A DNA stretch of 16,996 nt from Pseudomonadota bacterium (GCA_043718025.1 JAYSWN010000234.1:1-16996), one strand, 5' to 3'; counted from the first letter of the stretch, positions 1 to 9,163 are shown. Translations and numbers: made by a program. Notes: generated by a model not told the origin, from the letters alone.

Positions 1-339
1 AATCGACTCAAAGTACGCCCGCACTAGGTCACGCTTATCGCCTTGAATCTCAATCATCCCCTCTTTGCCATCCATTCTATAGGTGCCACCGGAACCGCAT
101 TTGTTTTTAAGGGCCCGGGTCCAGTCCTTAAGCCGAATTTCGAGTTTAGGTAGGCCATCGATCACGGTTACGGTTTTTCCGCCGCGCCCCGATTTTTCTA
201 TGCGCAGGAGGGCAAAAAACTTAGGCGGCTCCTTGCCCGTATCTTTGGGGCAGGTGCAGGCGGCCAGCAGCTCTCTGCACTTGGGGCAGGGGCGATTGAG
301 TTTAGGGTCAGTGGAATAGACCAAGCGAGAATCACTCAT
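1..339 (-). CDS. yciH: SUI1/YciH-family translation initiation factor (3' end truncated by the window edge)
   Basis: Translated by hand from the ATG at 339: MSDSRLVYSTDPKLNRPCPKCRELLAACTC...LRIEKSGRGGKTVTVIDGL...LKNKCGSGGT...IEIQGDKRD. The RLVYST, GRGGKxVT, LKxxCGxGG and IEIQGD motifs are typical of YciH. It is absent from the ORF track because the frame runs off the edge. Confidence 0.95.
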   Translation of the reverse strand, partial: MSDSRLVYSTDPKLNRPCPKCRELLAACTCPKDTGKEPPKFFALLRIEKSGRGGKTVTVIDGLPKLEIRLKDWTRALKNKCGSGGTYRMDGKEGMIEIQGDKRDLVRAYFESI

Positions 340-347
340 ATTGGGCC

Positions 348-376
348 AGTGTAAGGTTAGGGCGACGGAGAGTTAA
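348..376 (-). promoter_or_regulatory. Putative sigma70-type promoter for yciH (TTAACT-17 bp-TACACT)
   Basis: The minus strand reads TTAACT (376-371), a 17-nt spacer, then TACACT (353-348), ending 8 nt before the ATG. No Shine-Dalgarno sequence is present. Confidence 0.4.
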
Positions 377-395
377 GCGTAAAAACGCTGTGGCT

Positions 396-2642
396 CTAAA
401 ACGTAAAGGCAATCGCCGTTATGCGCGAAAACGCATCGAGGATGTAAAGGTATTGCCCTTTTCGAACGGCCTTTTTCGGCAAGAGAAAGTTTTGTTCGGT
501 GGGTACGCTGGGCAGCGCAACTGAAGAGAAGGAAGTCTGCCCGTAGACGCCTTTGGCGTTGATGCCGGTTTTTATGGAGGTAAGAGTGTAGTTCATTACC
601 CGATGATTTCTGGAATCGGCGACCCAAAGTTGGAAGGCATCGGCCGATAATCCGTGTGGAGCATTGAGGCTAGCCGCCGATACCGTGCCGCCGGCATTGG
701 CGCTTACGGTCTGAAAGTCAGACTGGCCAATCACCGAATTGGCCGTGGGGTTACTGCTGCCTGGAATGTTATCGAATACCAATATGCGGTGGTTGTTTTG
801 ATCGCTTATAAACAGTTTTTTGTTCGCGTACGCCAAGCCGACCGGATTGTTCAAGGTCTTGCCCGATGCCGCCCCCCCTTGATTGGCGGTGGCGGACGAA
901 AACCCTGGTTGACCGATTACGACATCGGCGGCCGTGCCGGTAATTCCGGGAATTGAATTCCAGATCAAGACGCGGTGATTGCCGCTATCAGCGACAATCA
1001 GTTTTCCTTCGGCCATCAGGACTCCGCTCGGGGCACTGAGCGTTGCCCCGCTGATGCCGCCGTTGTTTGCGGTAATGGCAACGGTTGTCGGCTGCCCCAA
1101 AATCACATCGGCATTGGTGCCGGCGGCACTCGGGACGGTATTCCATAGCATCACGCGATGCCAACCGGCATCCGCCACGGCCAGGCGAGTGCCGTCCGAA
1201 TCGGTGGCGCCTACTTGCTTCATAGTGTTGGCATTCGGCGTGGGATCGGATTGGTTGGGATGAGCCACCCCAAGCGCTTGGTCGGCAGGGGTGTTGGAGG
1301 TGGGAGGGGTCGTCCAAATCAAAGTGCGATTGCCAAAAAGGTCAGGCACGATAAGCCGGTCATTCAGATAAAAATCATTTGCGGAAAACAAATTATTTTC
1401 CGAACCGACAAAAGCGCGCTTCCGAGTTGTGGCATCGGGTTGACCCAAGATCGAATTCGATGCGGTACAGTTTGCGGTGGGAATGGTGTTCCAGATGCTG
1501 ATGCTAAAGCCAAACAACCAGTCGGCCACAAAAAATTTGCTGCCATCGTAGAGTACATTTACCGGACCAATCGTGGCTTTGGCATTGTAGAGGCCGTCAC
1601 AGCCAGGGGAGGCGTTGGAAGTAAAGTTGGTCTGCCCCAGTACGACATCGGCGGCCGCGTTATCGGCCACGGGAATTGAATTGAAAATAAGCACTCGGCT
1701 ATTTCCCCAGTCGGCCAATGCTAGCTTTGAGTTGGCTACCGTCACTCCGTACGTCCAAGAGGTTAAAGAATTGGTGGTTCCATTGGTACAGTCGGTGAGG
1801 TTGGGTTTGCCAATCACAAAATCGGCAGAGGCGCCGCTGGCATTGGGTACGGTATTAAAAACCAAGACGCGGTTGGTATCGGCAACGTAAAACTTGCCGC
1901 CGTCGAAAGTAAAACGCCCCTGTAGGGTCTGGTTGAAACGATTTGCCGCGCAAGCATTCGCGGTGGAGATAAAATCATCTTGCCCGATCACGTAGTTGGC
2001 GGCGGCATTGTTGGTAGTGGGAATGGTATTCCAAACCAGGATGCGTTTATTGGCGTAGTCGCCAATGAAGAGTTTGCCGCCATTGATGCCTACCGTATTG
2101 GGATTGGAGAGCGACGAGGCACTCAGCCCCCCGTAGTTGTCGGCGTTAGAAGTGAAGTCGGGCTGCCCGATGACCACATCGGCGGCCTGGTAACTCGTGG
2201 TGGGAAAGGTGTGCCAGATCAGGGCGCGGTGGTTCTCAGAGTCGTTTACCACCAGCCGGGTACCGTCGGTAGCGGCTCCGCCGGCGGAGTAAATAGATTT
2301 TGCGTTTACCGAAAACTCAGACGCATTGTTTCCGGCTTTCACCGAGGTCTTTCCTAGCACCAAGTCGGGTACGTCGCTTTGCGACGTGGGCACCGAATTC
2401 CAGATGAGTACTCGACCCCCATAAAAATCGGTGACGATCAGTTTGTTTCCGGTGCGAATCATGTCACCGGGTGAAAGAAAGGTTCTTTCATTCTGAAACG
2501 ATGAATTTAAATCAGTCTGCCCGATGACGAAGGGCAACGGCGTAGGAGGAGGAAGCAAGCCAATGCCGCAACCCCAGTTAAGGGTCAGAGCTACGGTTGC
2601 GACCAGAGTGAAAAAAAAGAATTTCGCGTTGGAGATTTTCAT
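396..2642 (-). CDS. NHL-repeat-like double beta-propeller protein, probable lipoprotein
   Basis: Hydrophobic N-terminus ending in NWGC (Cys25, imperfect lipobox) followed by a Pro-rich linker. About 12 repeats of 55-60 aa with consensus aD..N.RVLIWN..P......AD.V.GQ.DF. Confidence 0.85.
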   Translation of the reverse strand: MKISNAKFFFFTLVATVALTLNWGCGIGLLPPPTPLPFVIGQTDLNSSFQNERTFLSPGDMIRTGNKLIVTDFYGGRVLIWNSVPTSQSDVPDLVLGKTSVKAGNNASEFSVNAKSIYSAGGAATDGTRLVVNDSENHRALIWHTFPTTSYQAADVVIGQPDFTSNADNYGGLSASSLSNPNTVGINGGKLFIGDYANKRILVWNTIPTTNNAAANYVIGQDDFISTANACAANRFNQTLQGRFTFDGGKFYVADTNRVLVFNTVPNASGASADFVIGKPNLTDCTNGTTNSLTSWTYGVTVANSKLALADWGNSRVLIFNSIPVADNAAADVVLGQTNFTSNASPGCDGLYNAKATIGPVNVLYDGSKFFVADWLFGFSISIWNTIPTANCTASNSILGQPDATTRKRAFVGSENNLFSANDFYLNDRLIVPDLFGNRTLIWTTPPTSNTPADQALGVAHPNQSDPTPNANTMKQVGATDSDGTRLAVADAGWHRVMLWNTVPSAAGTNADVILGQPTTVAITANNGGISGATLSAPSGVLMAEGKLIVADSGNHRVLIWNSIPGITGTAADVVIGQPGFSSATANQGGAASGKTLNNPVGLAYANKKLFISDQNNHRILVFDNIPGSSNPTANSVIGQSDFQTVSANAGGTVSAASLNAPHGLSADAFQLWVADSRNHRVMNYTLTSIKTGINAKGVYGQTSFSSVALPSVPTEQNFLLPKKAVRKGQYLYILDAFSRITAIAFTF

Positions 2643-3256
2643 CAGAAAGAGAACCCTAAGCCAATTCGAACAAAATGAGTCAATGCCACTTTGTTAAAGA
2701 CGGGCTGGTAGGTGAGCAGAATGCGGTCAAAGTAAGTAACCAATTTCAACTCGTAAGCTAGTTGGGCGGTGACACCAAGGTTAAGGCCTTGATCGGTCGT
2801 TATCCAGTATTGCACCACCGGCCCCGCCTCGAATCTCAATTTTTCGTTGAGGCGAATTGATCCCAAAAGCCAAAACTCGGGAGCCAAAAAAAGCGAGGAA
2901 GGTAAAATCCTTTTCAGCAAGGCCACCCCTAGGTTGGCGCGCACTTCAAACAGGGCCCCCTCAAGGCGCAAGAGGCGTGGCCCCCAGCCCAAGGCGATAG
3001 AGGTCAAGGCGCCAACTTCACCTTGTCGGACGGCAATTAAACTGACGTTGAGATGGCGAATTCCGCCAATGGCGCGCACGCGGCTTTTAATTTGCGGTGC
3101 GGTGGGCGACGAGGTCCATCCGCCAACCGCGGCCGGAACCCGGGGAGGCTTCGCTGCAGGCGCTTTTACTTTGGCTTTAGCCAACGCCCCAAAGGCGCTT
3201 GGGTAGGGGAAAAAAAGCCCCAGAATAAGTAGTAGTAGTGTGAAACGGATCCGCAT
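2642..3256 (-). CDS. Secreted hypothetical protein, probable small outer-membrane beta-barrel
   Basis: Signal peptide (MRIRFTLLLLILGLFFPYPSAFG), Lys/Pro/Ala-rich linker, amphipathic beta-strands, and a C-terminal RIGLGFSF beta-signal ending in Phe. Its stop overlaps the downstream start as TGATG. Confidence 0.7.
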   Translation of the reverse strand: MRIRFTLLLLILGLFFPYPSAFGALAKAKVKAPAAKPPRVPAAVGGWTSSPTAPQIKSRVRAIGGIRHLNVSLIAVRQGEVGALTSIALGWGPRLLRLEGALFEVRANLGVALLKRILPSSLFLAPEFWLLGSIRLNEKLRFEAGPVVQYWITTDQGLNLGVTAQLAYELKLVTYFDRILLTYQPVFNKVALTHFVRIGLGFSF

Positions 3257-3382
3257 TCGGTAAAGCGTATCGTACCAAAGAAATGGTCGCCCGTTGGCCC
3301 AACTTAAGTCGTAGCGATGGCGCGGTGCGCCCAGGGGCGAAATTGCTCGCTTGGTCCGACTTCACCTACGCCTTGCAGCAAT

Positions 3383-3443
3383 AAAAAAAAGGGCTACAAA
3401 CGGATCTCCGAAACTTTGGGGTCTCGATGAAGTAGCTCTTTTG
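3383..3443 (-). terminator. Rho-independent terminator downstream of the SDR gene
   Basis: The minus strand reads AAAAAGAGCTAC...GTAGCCCTTTTTTTT: an outer stem with one mismatch, a long and possibly structured loop, then a T8 tract. It begins 10 nt after the SDR stop. Confidence 0.6.
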
Positions 3444-3453
3444 GGGTTTCCCA

Positions 3454-5043
3454 TTACCAGCTGGTTTCAGTGTAATCTTTGAGAAATTTTCCCCACACGT
3501 GCTTGCCGGTCAACAAGCCGCTGAAGAAGGGATCGCACACCCGAGCGGCGCCATCGACAATGTCTAGCGGCGGTTGAAAATCATGCTCCTCTTGCTTCGC
3601 CTGGCTCAGCTGCGCCGGGTCTTCATCGGTAACCCAGCCCGTATCCACGGCATTCATGTAAATGCCGTCTTTCGCGTAATCGGGAGCCGAAGTGAGCGTC
3701 ATCATGTTGAGTGACGCTTTAGCCATATTCGTGTGCGGATGCCGATCCGTCTTGGTGTAGCGCGTGAACTTACCTTCCATCGCGGATACATTTACGATGT
3801 GTTTTTCATTGGTGCGGTGACGGTTCATTAGCGGCTTTAATCTCGCGCAGAGAATAAACGGGGCCACCGCATTGATGAGCTGCACTTCAATCATTTCTGA
3901 CGTTGGTACGTCGGCCAATTTCATGCGCCAACTATTCATGCGTCGCAAATCTACCTGTTGCAGATCAGCGTCGGTTTTTCCTTCGGGGAAAAGTTCGGGG
4001 GCTTCGACTTCGTCCTCCGTTTTGTAAGGCAGCTGAGAGAGTAAAGACGGCGCTTGCAGACCAATGGCTGCGCCCTTTAACGCAAGCTCAGTAACCCAAG
4101 CGTCTTTTTCAAGTTCGGTGTTCACTTCACGCGCCCCCGAAAGTTGGCTCGGGCTTTTCCAACTTTCGTAAGCAGTAAGCAACGGTTGGACCGCGGCCGG
4201 TAGTTGCCCGTGGGGCGTAGCTTCGAAAGCGAGCAGATGGCGATAAAACCCCGGTGGGCGCCTAACCGTCTGCGCCGCATTGTTGATGAGGATGTCGAGC
4301 CGGTCACAGGTGTCGTTTAAGTGTTGAGTAAAGAGTTCGACGCTGGGGGCGTGGCGCAGGTCTAGACCATGAATCTGCAAACGGTGCCCCCACACTGCAT
4401 AGTCAGCTTCGCGAGCATAACGGGCGGCGGCGTCTTGCGGAAAGCGCGTGGTGACAATCACCCGGGCTCCCGCTCTCAACATCAAAATGGCCGACTGGTA
4501 ACCAATCTTCAATCGGGCGCCGGTGATTACCGCCACCCGGCCTTCGAGCGACGCCAACTGCGTTCGTTTACTAAAATTTAAATCGCCGCAAGGAGTGCAC
4601 ATCGAATCATAAAAGAAATGTACGTAGCTGTACTCGCGTTTACAAACGTAGCAGGCGCGCGGATTATTTAATTTTGGTCGCTCTTTTGCGACCTCGCCAG
4701 GAAGTAGTGCGGTGACGGGCGGGGTGTACACTTCATTCAGACGAGCTTCGCGAATGGCGGTGCTCGCGGTGGCCTGGCGATCTTTCATCCGCTCTTTGTA
4801 CTTGCGCGCCCGACGGTGTCGTTTGGTGATCTTCATCACCTCTAGCTTTTCCGGGCGCGAAACCCGACCCGCGGCCATCATCAGTAACTTACGTTTTTCC
4901 GGGGACACCGAGGCTAGTGAACGACGGTCCAGCAGAATCGCTTCAAGCAGATCGATGGTGGTCTGCACGGCGGCTTGGTCTAACGGCTTAAATTCGTGAG
5001 AGCTGGCGGTCTTTTTAACGGGGTTTGACTCGATGTTTTCCAT
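3454..5043 (-). CDS. Atypical short-chain dehydrogenase/reductase with an N-terminal Cys4 zinc-finger-like module
   Basis: Rossmann motif VITGARLKIG, plus LDILINNAAQT, HIVNVSAMEG, HTNMAKA and NAVDTGWV. CYVC and CTPC lie upstream of the Rossmann fold. Confidence 0.9.
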   Translation of the reverse strand: MENIESNPVKKTASSHEFKPLDQAAVQTTIDLLEAILLDRRSLASVSPEKRKLLMMAAGRVSRPEKLEVMKITKRHRRARKYKERMKDRQATASTAIREARLNEVYTPPVTALLPGEVAKERPKLNNPRACYVCKREYSYVHFFYDSMCTPCGDLNFSKRTQLASLEGRVAVITGARLKIGYQSAILMLRAGARVIVTTRFPQDAAARYAREADYAVWGHRLQIHGLDLRHAPSVELFTQHLNDTCDRLDILINNAAQTVRRPPGFYRHLLAFEATPHGQLPAAVQPLLTAYESWKSPSQLSGAREVNTELEKDAWVTELALKGAAIGLQAPSLLSQLPYKTEDEVEAPELFPEGKTDADLQQVDLRRMNSWRMKLADVPTSEMIEVQLINAVAPFILCARLKPLMNRHRTNEKHIVNVSAMEGKFTRYTKTDRHPHTNMAKASLNMMTLTSAPDYAKDGIYMNAVDTGWVTDEDPAQLSQAKQEEHDFQPPLDIVDGAARVCDPFFSGLLTGKHVWGKFLKDYTETSW

Positions 5044-5080
5044 GATAAATCAGCGGTATCAATAGCCGAACGCTGGTTTT

Positions 5081-5536
5081 TTATCTACTGGCATTGCGAA
5101 CGGCATTGATAACCTGGTCGAGCGAAGAAAGGTAGTTAGAGCGGTGGTTTTTACCCATCTTTTTGGGCCCAAGATCCATCGCCCCCCGCTGCCGAAGCTC
5201 CGACATCAGTTCTCGCATCGACACCGCTTCCCCAATATTATCGTGATCGTAGACGTGTCCCCGTGGGTTGAGCACGCGGGCCTCTTTGCGCACACAACGT
5301 TCGGCCAGTAAAATGTCGTTGGTGATGACGATATCGTCTTTGGTGACGTGCTCGGCGATCCAGTTATCCACCGCATCGAAGTCTTTACCCGTAACCACGG
5401 GCAAGATCCAGTCGGCTCGGGGCAGCATTAGGGGCACATTTGAAACGGCGAAAACCTTCAATCCGTAGCGTTTGGCCACCTTAAAAGTGTCCTCTTTCAC
5501 GGGGCAGGCGTCAGCATCCAAATAAACATCTAGCAT
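5081..5536 (-). CDS. yaiI: YaiI/YqxD (UPF0178) family protein
   Basis: Motifs YLDADACPVK, DAVDNWI, DIVITNDILLA and NPRG. An AAGGAG Shine-Dalgarno sequence precedes the ATG. Confidence 0.93.
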   Translation of the reverse strand: MLDVYLDADACPVKEDTFKVAKRYGLKVFAVSNVPLMLPRADWILPVVTGKDFDAVDNWIAEHVTKDDIVITNDILLAERCVRKEARVLNPRGHVYDHDNIGEAVSMRELMSELRQRGAMDLGPKKMGKNHRSNYLSSLDQVINAVRNASR

Positions 5537-5663
5537 TGGGTCACTCCTTATCAGAAAGGGTTAGGGTCGTCGAAGGACCTTAAGTATAGGACGCAACACC
5601 TTTATTTTTGGGGCAAAGTCCATCATCGTTAACGCTTACAATAATCGGCACGGCCTTAAAACG

Positions 5664-7226
5664 ATGAAAAATGGTCTCTGGACAACCAATGCAAAGGGTA
5701 AAACCGCTCTTTTGACCGGCATCCTGTTTCTGTTTATCGCGGTAGTCATTTTTTTCAAATTTTCGATCAATCGCTATCCGAATTTCATTTTTACCTATCC
5801 TTGGATCACCCACGATGGATTTGAGTGGATCAGCGATAGTCTCCATTACCTTGACCATCGTATTTTGGCGTCTCATCGCAATCCCGCCCTGCCGTTAACT
5901 TTCATGCTGCTCAGAACTGTGAATGCGGTAGATTATTTCCCCTGGCTTTTAGCTATCCTCACCTTAGTCCTCTTTGCGTCACTCTATTGGTTGGCGGTAA
6001 GGTTTGTGTCAGCCCTTGCGGCTTTAGCGATGATCTTTTGGTTCTTTTTCGTTTTTAGAATTCACGCGTTCATCGACTATGTTTTGGCTGACCAGTGGTG
6101 TGTGACTTTCGTTACTTTGGGACTCGGTTGTCTGGTGCGGGTTAGCGAGCGGCCGCGTTTTTTGTACGGCGCCGCCATTTTTTTTGGATTAGCTTTGAAC
6201 TACCAATTTGCCCCTGGCTTTATGTCACCGGCCTTGATCTGGTTCGTTGGGGGCCACTTAGGGATCAAGTGGTGCAGAGCAAATCGATGGCGTCTATTTA
6301 AGGCCGGGACTCTTTTTCTTGCGATCGCTTTACCCCAATTTATTTATAAGTGGATGGCATTTGGCTCTCCCCTGTATTCAAAAGTTTTCCACTTTCCATT
6401 AGTGCGTTTTCATTTGTATTCGCTCTTTAACTACCTGGTGGTTTACTTGGCCTTTTTGGGTTGGCCGCTTGCCGTTCTCGTGTTTACCGGATTTTGGAAA
6501 TCGAGAGACAAACGTTCTGGAGAATGGCAGCTGATTCACTTAAGCGGCACGTGTCTTTTTTTCTTTTGGGTGTTTTGTTACTTGTGGATGGACCCCAGGT
6601 TTTTGCTCTATCTCTTGCCTTGCTGGGCGGTCTACGCCGCCTTTGCGATTGAGCACTTCGGTATTCTTTCCAAGATTAGCCTTCGGGGTAAAACGCCATT
6701 CGAAAAGATTTTGACCGGTGCCTTGGTCTATTTTTGTCTGGCGATGTCAGCGAACAAGCTTGGCGCCTTCGATTCCACCGCATTGCCCATCACCCCGCAG
6801 ATGGTCTTACGCTTTAGTTCAACGACAATGTCGAAATATAATATCCGGTTAATTACGACTGATTCAATTCACACCGAGTATGACAATGAGTACTACAGTG
6901 CGGCGACCGCTTTCCCCTTCTTTTCACATTATCGGAGGGTCAGGTGGGCCGAATTGGATATTAGATTTGGCGAGGACGCCCAAACGGTGGGAAAAATAGT
7001 TCGTGAACTCATCACGGGCGCTGAAGCGGTTGGGGTGCTCGGTGATTTTTTTGCGAACTTTGAGTCTCGGATGAGATTGTTCAATACTGTCGAAAGAAAT
7101 GTTGTCAAATGTGAACCCGCGAAAGTGCGCTATTGCGTTACGGCGACAAAAGAGTGGCTTAGTCCATCAAATTGGAAACCCGTTTTCGTCGGCAAAGTTT
7201 TGACCCTTTTGGAACGAAGCCCATGA
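5664..7226 (+). CDS. Polytopic membrane protein, probable GT-C-fold (ArnT/PMT-like) glycosyltransferase
   Basis: About 11-13 hydrophobic segments. An acidic residue in the first loop (ITHDGFEW) is followed by HRNPALP, with a late PRFLLYLLP motif and a soluble C-terminal domain. Confidence 0.65.
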   Translation: MKNGLWTTNAKGKTALLTGILFLFIAVVIFFKFSINRYPNFIFTYPWITHDGFEWISDSLHYLDHRILASHRNPALPLTFMLLRTVNAVDYFPWLLAILTLVLFASLYWLAVRFVSALAALAMIFWFFFVFRIHAFIDYVLADQWCVTFVTLGLGCLVRVSERPRFLYGAAIFFGLALNYQFAPGFMSPALIWFVGGHLGIKWCRANRWRLFKAGTLFLAIALPQFIYKWMAFGSPLYSKVFHFPLVRFHLYSLFNYLVVYLAFLGWPLAVLVFTGFWKSRDKRSGEWQLIHLSGTCLFFFWVFCYLWMDPRFLLYLLPCWAVYAAFAIEHFGILSKISLRGKTPFEKILTGALVYFCLAMSANKLGAFDSTALPITPQMVLRFSSTTMSKYNIRLITTDSIHTEYDNEYYSAATAFPFFSHYRRVRWAELDIRFGEDAQTVGKIVRELITGAEAVGVLGDFFANFESRMRLFNTVERNVVKCEPAKVRYCVTATKEWLSPSNWKPVFVGKVLTLLERSP

Positions 7227-9163
7227 GCGAAGCAAAAAAAAGTTGCAGTTTTCAATTTCGGTTAACCCCTCTCATTGCCCTTGCGCTGACATGGTCATTT
7301 TTGGTGCGAGATCTGGGGCTTTTTAGCCACTGGCCGCTACTTCTAAAAAACGCAATCCTCGCTTTGTGTATTGCGGCGTCGGCCGGTTTGTATGCGGAGA
7401 TCGGTTGGAGAATTCGCTGGACCAATCGGCAGCTCGGGATTTTTTTTGGATTGACCGCTCTGCTCACCGCGATAAATGCACCGGCACTGATGCAAGCCCT
7501 GGCGTGTGACGAGCTGTACCACCTGAGCATGGCGTCGCAGACGGTGCATTTTATCGAAAAAATGGCTCGTTCGATTCAATCCCCTTTTTTGTCCGCGTTT
7601 TTTCGCAATCGACCCATGCCGGAGCTTGTGGCGCTCGTTAATTTTAATCTTTTGATGGTACTGGCGGCCGGGTTTTTGTTTTGTAAGTGGGCTCTGAATA
7701 AGGTGAAAAGCCCAAATCTACAGGCGAAGTTCATTTTTGGGGGGACGTTTTTTTTCGTGTTCTGCGTGGGCCAACTCTTTTCGACTTTTCCTGCACGCCT
7801 TGAGATCAGTCCACCGCTGAGAACTTTGCCGCTATTTATATTTCAAGCGCTCTTTGGTTTTGACGATTTCGTGTTTCGAATGACTAGCCTGTTGGCCACC
7901 GCCTTCGTGGGAACCTGCGGGGTTCATTACGCTACGCAAGCTAGGAAAAAAAAAGGGGGGGCTGAAGAGGCTTGGTCTTTAATCGTTAGCGTGGCGGTGG
8001 TTCTTTTTGTGCCGACCGTTCTACACAACTCCTCCATAGTGCAGCCTTCGGTATGGGCTTACTGTTCATGGGTGGGGGTTTTTCTGTTGCTGTCGCGGTA
8101 CTTTCAGCATCGTGATCCTCGCAGCGTCATTGCCGCGGGGGTGTTGCTTTCAATCGGCTGTTTAATGCGGCAAAACGCCGTTGTGTTATGGCCGGTGCTT
8201 GGGGTTTGTCTGTTCATCGCCCGGGCAGACTCTAAAACCTGGGCTTTGACGCTGCTGCCCGTTCTCTGGTTTCTGCCTTACGTTCGGCTACTTTTCGATG
8301 GGTTTCATCATCACCCGGTGACAGACTCTTTTCCCATTAAAAATGTGGTGGATTCGGTGGTGCACGGGGGAGGGGTGGCAGCCCTCGTACGTGGCACTAC
8401 TCCACCTTGGATTCTCTTCGCTGTCTTAAGCGCCGCTGTCGCGCTGCGAAAAAAAATCTGGCGCTCGGAGTTAGCGGTGCTCACACTCTTGGGTCTAGTC
8501 CCTGCGTACGGACTGTATTTTTCCATCAAGCCCCATTTATGGCCGGCGGGGCGATACCAAGGCGAGTGGCTTGGCGCGGCGATCGCAATTTTAGGTCTGG
8601 TGTTGGCGGCGCATCTGGAGAAAAAATGGCTTAAGCCATTTGCGGCTCTTTCCCTATTACTTTCGCTGTATTCGGTAACCACCGTTCGTCAGTTGCATCA
8701 AGATGCTTATTACGGCGGGTGGCCTGAGCGGCGCATTTCGACGGAGTCAGTTTTTCCCTATCGCGAGGCATTTCGCCATCTTCAGCAGCAGGAAGCATCG
8801 GGGCTTTTTACTTTCACCGGAGGGGTTCCCACCTACGGTGAGTGGCACCTGTACTTAAGGGGGTTTTCTTTCGCGAGGGTAGAAGAGCACCGCAATTTGC
8901 AAAAGCAGTGGGAGAAGTGGTTTCAACAACCGGTTACGTGGCCGGTAATAAAACAAGCGATGTCTGCGGTCGGAATACGTTATAGCGTCGTTCAGTACGG
9001 CAACCGCCGCGAGCAGCAGCATCGCCTGGCTTGGCAGAACCGGGCCGAAAGCCTAATGCGAGAAGCCGCCGCACAGCCTAAGTCCGGACTAATATTGCGC
9101 GACCGATTTTATGGCGACCTCGAAGGCAGTATCGATATTTTTGAGTTGGTTGAAGCAAAGTGA
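7223..9163 (+). CDS. Polytopic membrane protein, probable GT-C-fold glycosyltransferase
   Basis: Many TM segments, a DE motif (ACDELYHL), SPPL, RQN, a late GRY motif and a soluble C-terminal domain. The start is reassigned from the TTG at 7172 to the in-frame ATG at 7223, which overlaps the upstream stop as ATGA. Confidence 0.7.
   Translation: MSEAKKSCSFQFRLTPLIALALTWSFLVRDLGLFSHWPLLLKNAILALCIAASAGLYAEIGWRIRWTNRQLGIFFGLTALLTAINAPALMQALACDELYHLSMASQTVHFIEKMARSIQSPFLSAFFRNRPMPELVALVNFNLLMVLAAGFLFCKWALNKVKSPNLQAKFIFGGTFFFVFCVGQLFSTFPARLEISPPLRTLPLFIFQALFGFDDFVFRMTSLLATAFVGTCGVHYATQARKKKGGAEEAWSLIVSVAVVLFVPTVLHNSSIVQPSVWAYCSWVGVFLLLSRYFQHRDPRSVIAAGVLLSIGCLMRQNAVVLWPVLGVCLFIARADSKTWALTLLPVLWFLPYVRLLFDGFHHHPVTDSFPIKNVVDSVVHGGGVAALVRGTTPPWILFAVLSAAVALRKKIWRSELAVLTLLGLVPAYGLYFSIKPHLWPAGRYQGEWLGAAIAILGLVLAAHLEKKWLKPFAALSLLLSLYSVTTVRQLHQDAYYGGWPERRISTESVFPYREAFRHLQQQEASGLFTFTGGVPTYGEWHLYLRGFSFARVEEHRNLQKQWEKWFQQPVTWPVIKQAMSAVGIRYSVVQYGNRREQQHRLAWQNRAESLMREAAAQPKSGLILRDRFYGDLEGSIDIFELVEAK

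Noticed and set aside
83..319. 78-aa plus-strand ORF
   Set aside because: It is the antisense shadow of the yciH gene.
900..2200. Recurring nucleotide motif (ACATCGGCGGC-like) as a possible CRISPR or DNA repeat
   Set aside because: The copies are short and degenerate and encode the AADV part of the protein repeats. There is no repeat-spacer structure and no cas gene.
373..2357. Several short ORFs overlapping the propeller gene
   Set aside because: They lie in alternative or antisense frames of a well-supported repeat protein and have no recognisable motifs.
7172..7222. TTG-start N-terminal extension of the second GT-C gene
   Set aside because: It overlaps the upstream gene by 55 nt, and the ATGA-coupled ATG at 7223 is more plausible.
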